The notes beneath the pieces were generated by a model that did no database searches, was not told the DNA's origin, and saw nothing but the letters and a program-made list of their open reading frames with translations. The position numbers were made by a program, and so were the translations under genes. A stretch of 64,000 nt of DNA from Camelus dromedarius (lineage: Eukaryota). The stretch covers positions 116,686,001 through 116,750,000 of the forward strand of contig NC_087437.1 in NCBI RefSeq assembly GCF_036321535.1, read 5' to 3'. Positions 61,293-64,000 of the stretch are shown one piece after another; position 1 is the first letter of the stretch; the number at the start of each line of letters is the position of its first letter.

Positions 61293-63931
61293 GCGGAGGT
61301 GGGATCAAGATGGTAGAGTAGGAATATGCTGAGCTCACCTCCCTTGGGACTGGGACACACAACTATGTATAGACCTGCTCTCTCTGAAAACAACCTGAAG
61401 TTCAACAGAACGGCTCTTCTACAACTAAGGCTATAAAGAAAGTGCACACACACACACACTGAGGTAGGTAGGAGGGGGAAAGAAACAGTCTCATCAGAAC
61501 CCACACCCCAGCAGGTGACCCCAAAAGAGGAAGAGGCTATCACAAACTTAGAGGCCCTCCCAGCCCTGGGTTCCAGCACCAGGAACATGAGCCCCCTTAA
61601 TTGACTTTGAAAGCCAGCAGGACTTGTGACTGGGAGAATCGGGGGGCTGTAGGAAACTGAGATTCCACTCTTACAGGATGCGCACAACTTACTCCCTGTC
61701 TCAGCACAGAGATAGCTGATTGAAAAGTGCCTGGTGCTCTAGGTGGCCTGCTATCAGTGCTCCAGCACAGCTCCCAGCCCACACTGGCTCAGTTCCTGAC
61801 CTCCATGCACACACTGGTGGAAACATTTTAATGCCCCAGGAGAAGCCCTGGCCCATGCTGGGCTACAACTCTGGCACCCTCCCAGGTCTAGTCTGCTCCC
61901 ACCAAAATGGCTGATCCCAACTTGCCCCAGGAAAAGCCCCAGCCAGCACTCACTTCACCTTCAACCCTCCAGCTAAAGCCACTAGGGCCATGCAGCTATA
62001 TATATGCACACTCACACAAGGACACGCCTTCAAGACCTGAATCAGGTAACTGTTTCACCTCACTTCATAGAGACACACAGGGAAAGTCAAACAAAATGAG
62101 AAGACAGAGACATATGTTCCAAACAAAAAAACAAGATAAAACCCCAGAAAAAAAAAAAAAAACCCTAATGAAATTAAGATAAGTAATTCACTTCAAGAGT
62201 TAAAAGTAACAGTCATAAAAATGCTCACTAAATCAGGAAAGAGTAGAGAAACACAGTGAGAACTCCAACAAATAGAAAATATTAAAAAAAAAAAACAAAA
62301 CTCTTAGACCTAAAGAATACAATAACAGAAGTGAAAAATACACTAGAGGGAATCAACAGCAGAGTAGATGATATAGAAGAGCAGATAAATGACATGGAAG
62401 ACAGAAAAGTGGAAATCACCCAATCAGAACATAAAAAAAAACAAAAAACACAGTTTTAAATGAGGATAGCTTAAGGGACCTCTGGAAAAACATCAACCAT
62501 ACTAACATCATATTGTAGGGGTCCCAGAAGAGCAGAGAAAGAGAAAGAAGCAGAAAAAGTACTTGATTAAATAATGTTTGAAAACTTTCCTTATCTGGGG
62601 AAGGAAATAGATATCCAGGTCCAGGAAGCAGAGAGAGTCCCCAGCAAGATAAAGCCAGAGATCCACACCAAAATAAATCGTAATTAAAATGGCAAAAATT
62701 AAAGATGAAGAGAGAGTTTTAAAGGTAGCAAAAGAAAAACAGAGTCACATACAAGGGGACATCCATAAGGCTATCAGCTGATTTTTCAGCAGAAACTATG
62801 CAGGCCAGAAAGGAGTTGTGAAATATATTTAAAGTGCTAAGAGGAGGAAAAGTGTACAACCAAAGATACTCTACCCAGCGAGGTTATCATTCAGAATTGA
62901 AGGAGACATAAAAAGTTTCCCAGGAAAGCAAAAACTAATAGAGTTCATTGCCACCAAAACAATTTTAAAAGAAATTTTAAAGAGTCTTCTTCAGCAAAAA
63001 AGGAAAGTCCGTAACAAGATAAAGAAAACACATGAAAGCAAAAATCTCACTGGTAAAAGCTAATATATAATAAAGACAGTGGATCAACCACTTAAAAAGC
63101 TAGTGTGAAAATTAAAAAACAATTTGGTAAAGTCAATTATAACTACAATAAATAGTTCAGGGATACACATAAAAGATGTAAAATATCTTTTTTGCAGAGG
63201 TGGAGCAAGAATTTAGAGCTTTTAGAACGGTAACTGCAAACCAAAAACCTACAATAAATACATAAAAAAAGAAGTAGAAAGGAACCCAAACATAACACTA
63301 AAAAGAAAATTGTCAAACTACAAGGGAAGAAACTAAAAGAAGACAAAAGAGAAGAACTACAAAGCAGACAAACAAACCAAATAGAAAACAAGTAACAAAA
63401 TGGAAATAAATACATATCTATCAACAATCACTTTAAATGTTAAGTGTAAATGAACTAAATTCTCCAATCAAAAGACACAGGATGGTTGAATGGGTTTTTT
63501 TTTAAAGGCCAATCTATATGCTGCCTATGAAAGACTCACTTCAAAACTAAAGACATACAGACTGAAAGTGAAGAGATGGAAAGAGAACATTCCATACAAA
63601 TGGAAACCAAAATAAAGTTGGAGTAATAATACTCTTGTCGGACAAAATGGACTTAAAAAAAAAGTCTGTAACAAAAGACAGAGAAAGGCTTATATAATTA
63701 AGAAAAAAATGAAAGAGGGCCAAAATAAATAAAATTAGATATAAAAGAAGAGAAATTAGAATGCGTATCACAGAAATACAATCATAAAAGAATACTAAGA
63801 ACAATTACATGCCAACAAATTGGACGCCCATGAAGAAATTAATAAATTCCTAGAAACATACAGTCTTCCAAGACTGAATCAGGAAGAAATAGAGAATCTA
63901 AAAAGACTGATAACTAATGAAATTGAATCAA
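61293..63931 (+). mobile_element. Degenerate LINE-1 5' portion (5'UTR, ORF1 relic, ORF2 endonuclease start)
   Basis: L1 start GGATCAAGATGG...GAGCTCACCTCC; A-rich ORF1 relic (ATAAGGCTATCAGCTGATTTTTCAGCAGAAAC); ORF2 start near 63400; many stops and frameshifts. Confidence 0.88.
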
Positions 63932-64000
63932 GGGGGGAGGGTATAGCTCAAGGGGTAGAGTGCATGCTTAGCACACACAAGGTCCTGGGTTCAATCCCCA
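63932..64000 (+). mobile_element. tRNA-derived SINE (Vic-1-like) inserted in L1, truncated by window end
   Basis: GGGGGGAGGGTATAGCTCAAG...GCATGCTTAGCA...GGTCCTGGGTTCAATCCCCA. Confidence 0.9.

Noticed and set aside
12311..64000. tRNA-like sequences with Pol III A/B boxes
   Set aside because: They have A-rich tails, TSDs and diverged stems, so they are SINEs rather than tRNA genes.
1..64000. CRISPR arrays, operons, rRNA or other prokaryotic systems
   Set aside because: The sequence is clearly mammalian (spliceosomal introns, L1/SINE/MaLR repeats); no regularly spaced repeat array was seen.

Overview
Mammalian genomic DNA, most likely a camelid (alpaca, llama or camel). That call rests on five copies of a tRNA-derived Vic-1-like SINE and no recognisable Alu, B1/B2, Bov-tA, PRE-1 or Can-SINE. 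The window holds the complete ETS2 gene on the + strand. It has a TATA-less CpG-island promoter with a long polypyrimidine tract (~29.5 kb), non-coding exon 1 ending at 29888, nine coding exons (33971-45604; 1419 nt, 472 aa) and a ~2 kb 3'UTR ending after AATAAA 47576-47581. About 5 kb downstream on the same strand is an intronless, uninterrupted 504-codon ORF (52722-54236) with a perfect Kozak context. It resembles a strongly diverged cTAGE5/MIA2 (TANGO1-family) retrogene that kept the second coiled coil and lost most of the proline-rich tail, and it is the most interesting object here. Other signals worth checking are a cluster of RFX X-box motifs 1-2.8 kb upstream of the ETS2 TSS, an ARE/NF-kB-like cluster in intron 2, and a MADE2 (mariner MITE) hairpin in the ETS2 3'UTR. 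The rest is typical eutherian interspersed repeats. Repeat subfamily names and all comparisons to human sequences come from memory, not a database search, and repeat boundaries are approximate.
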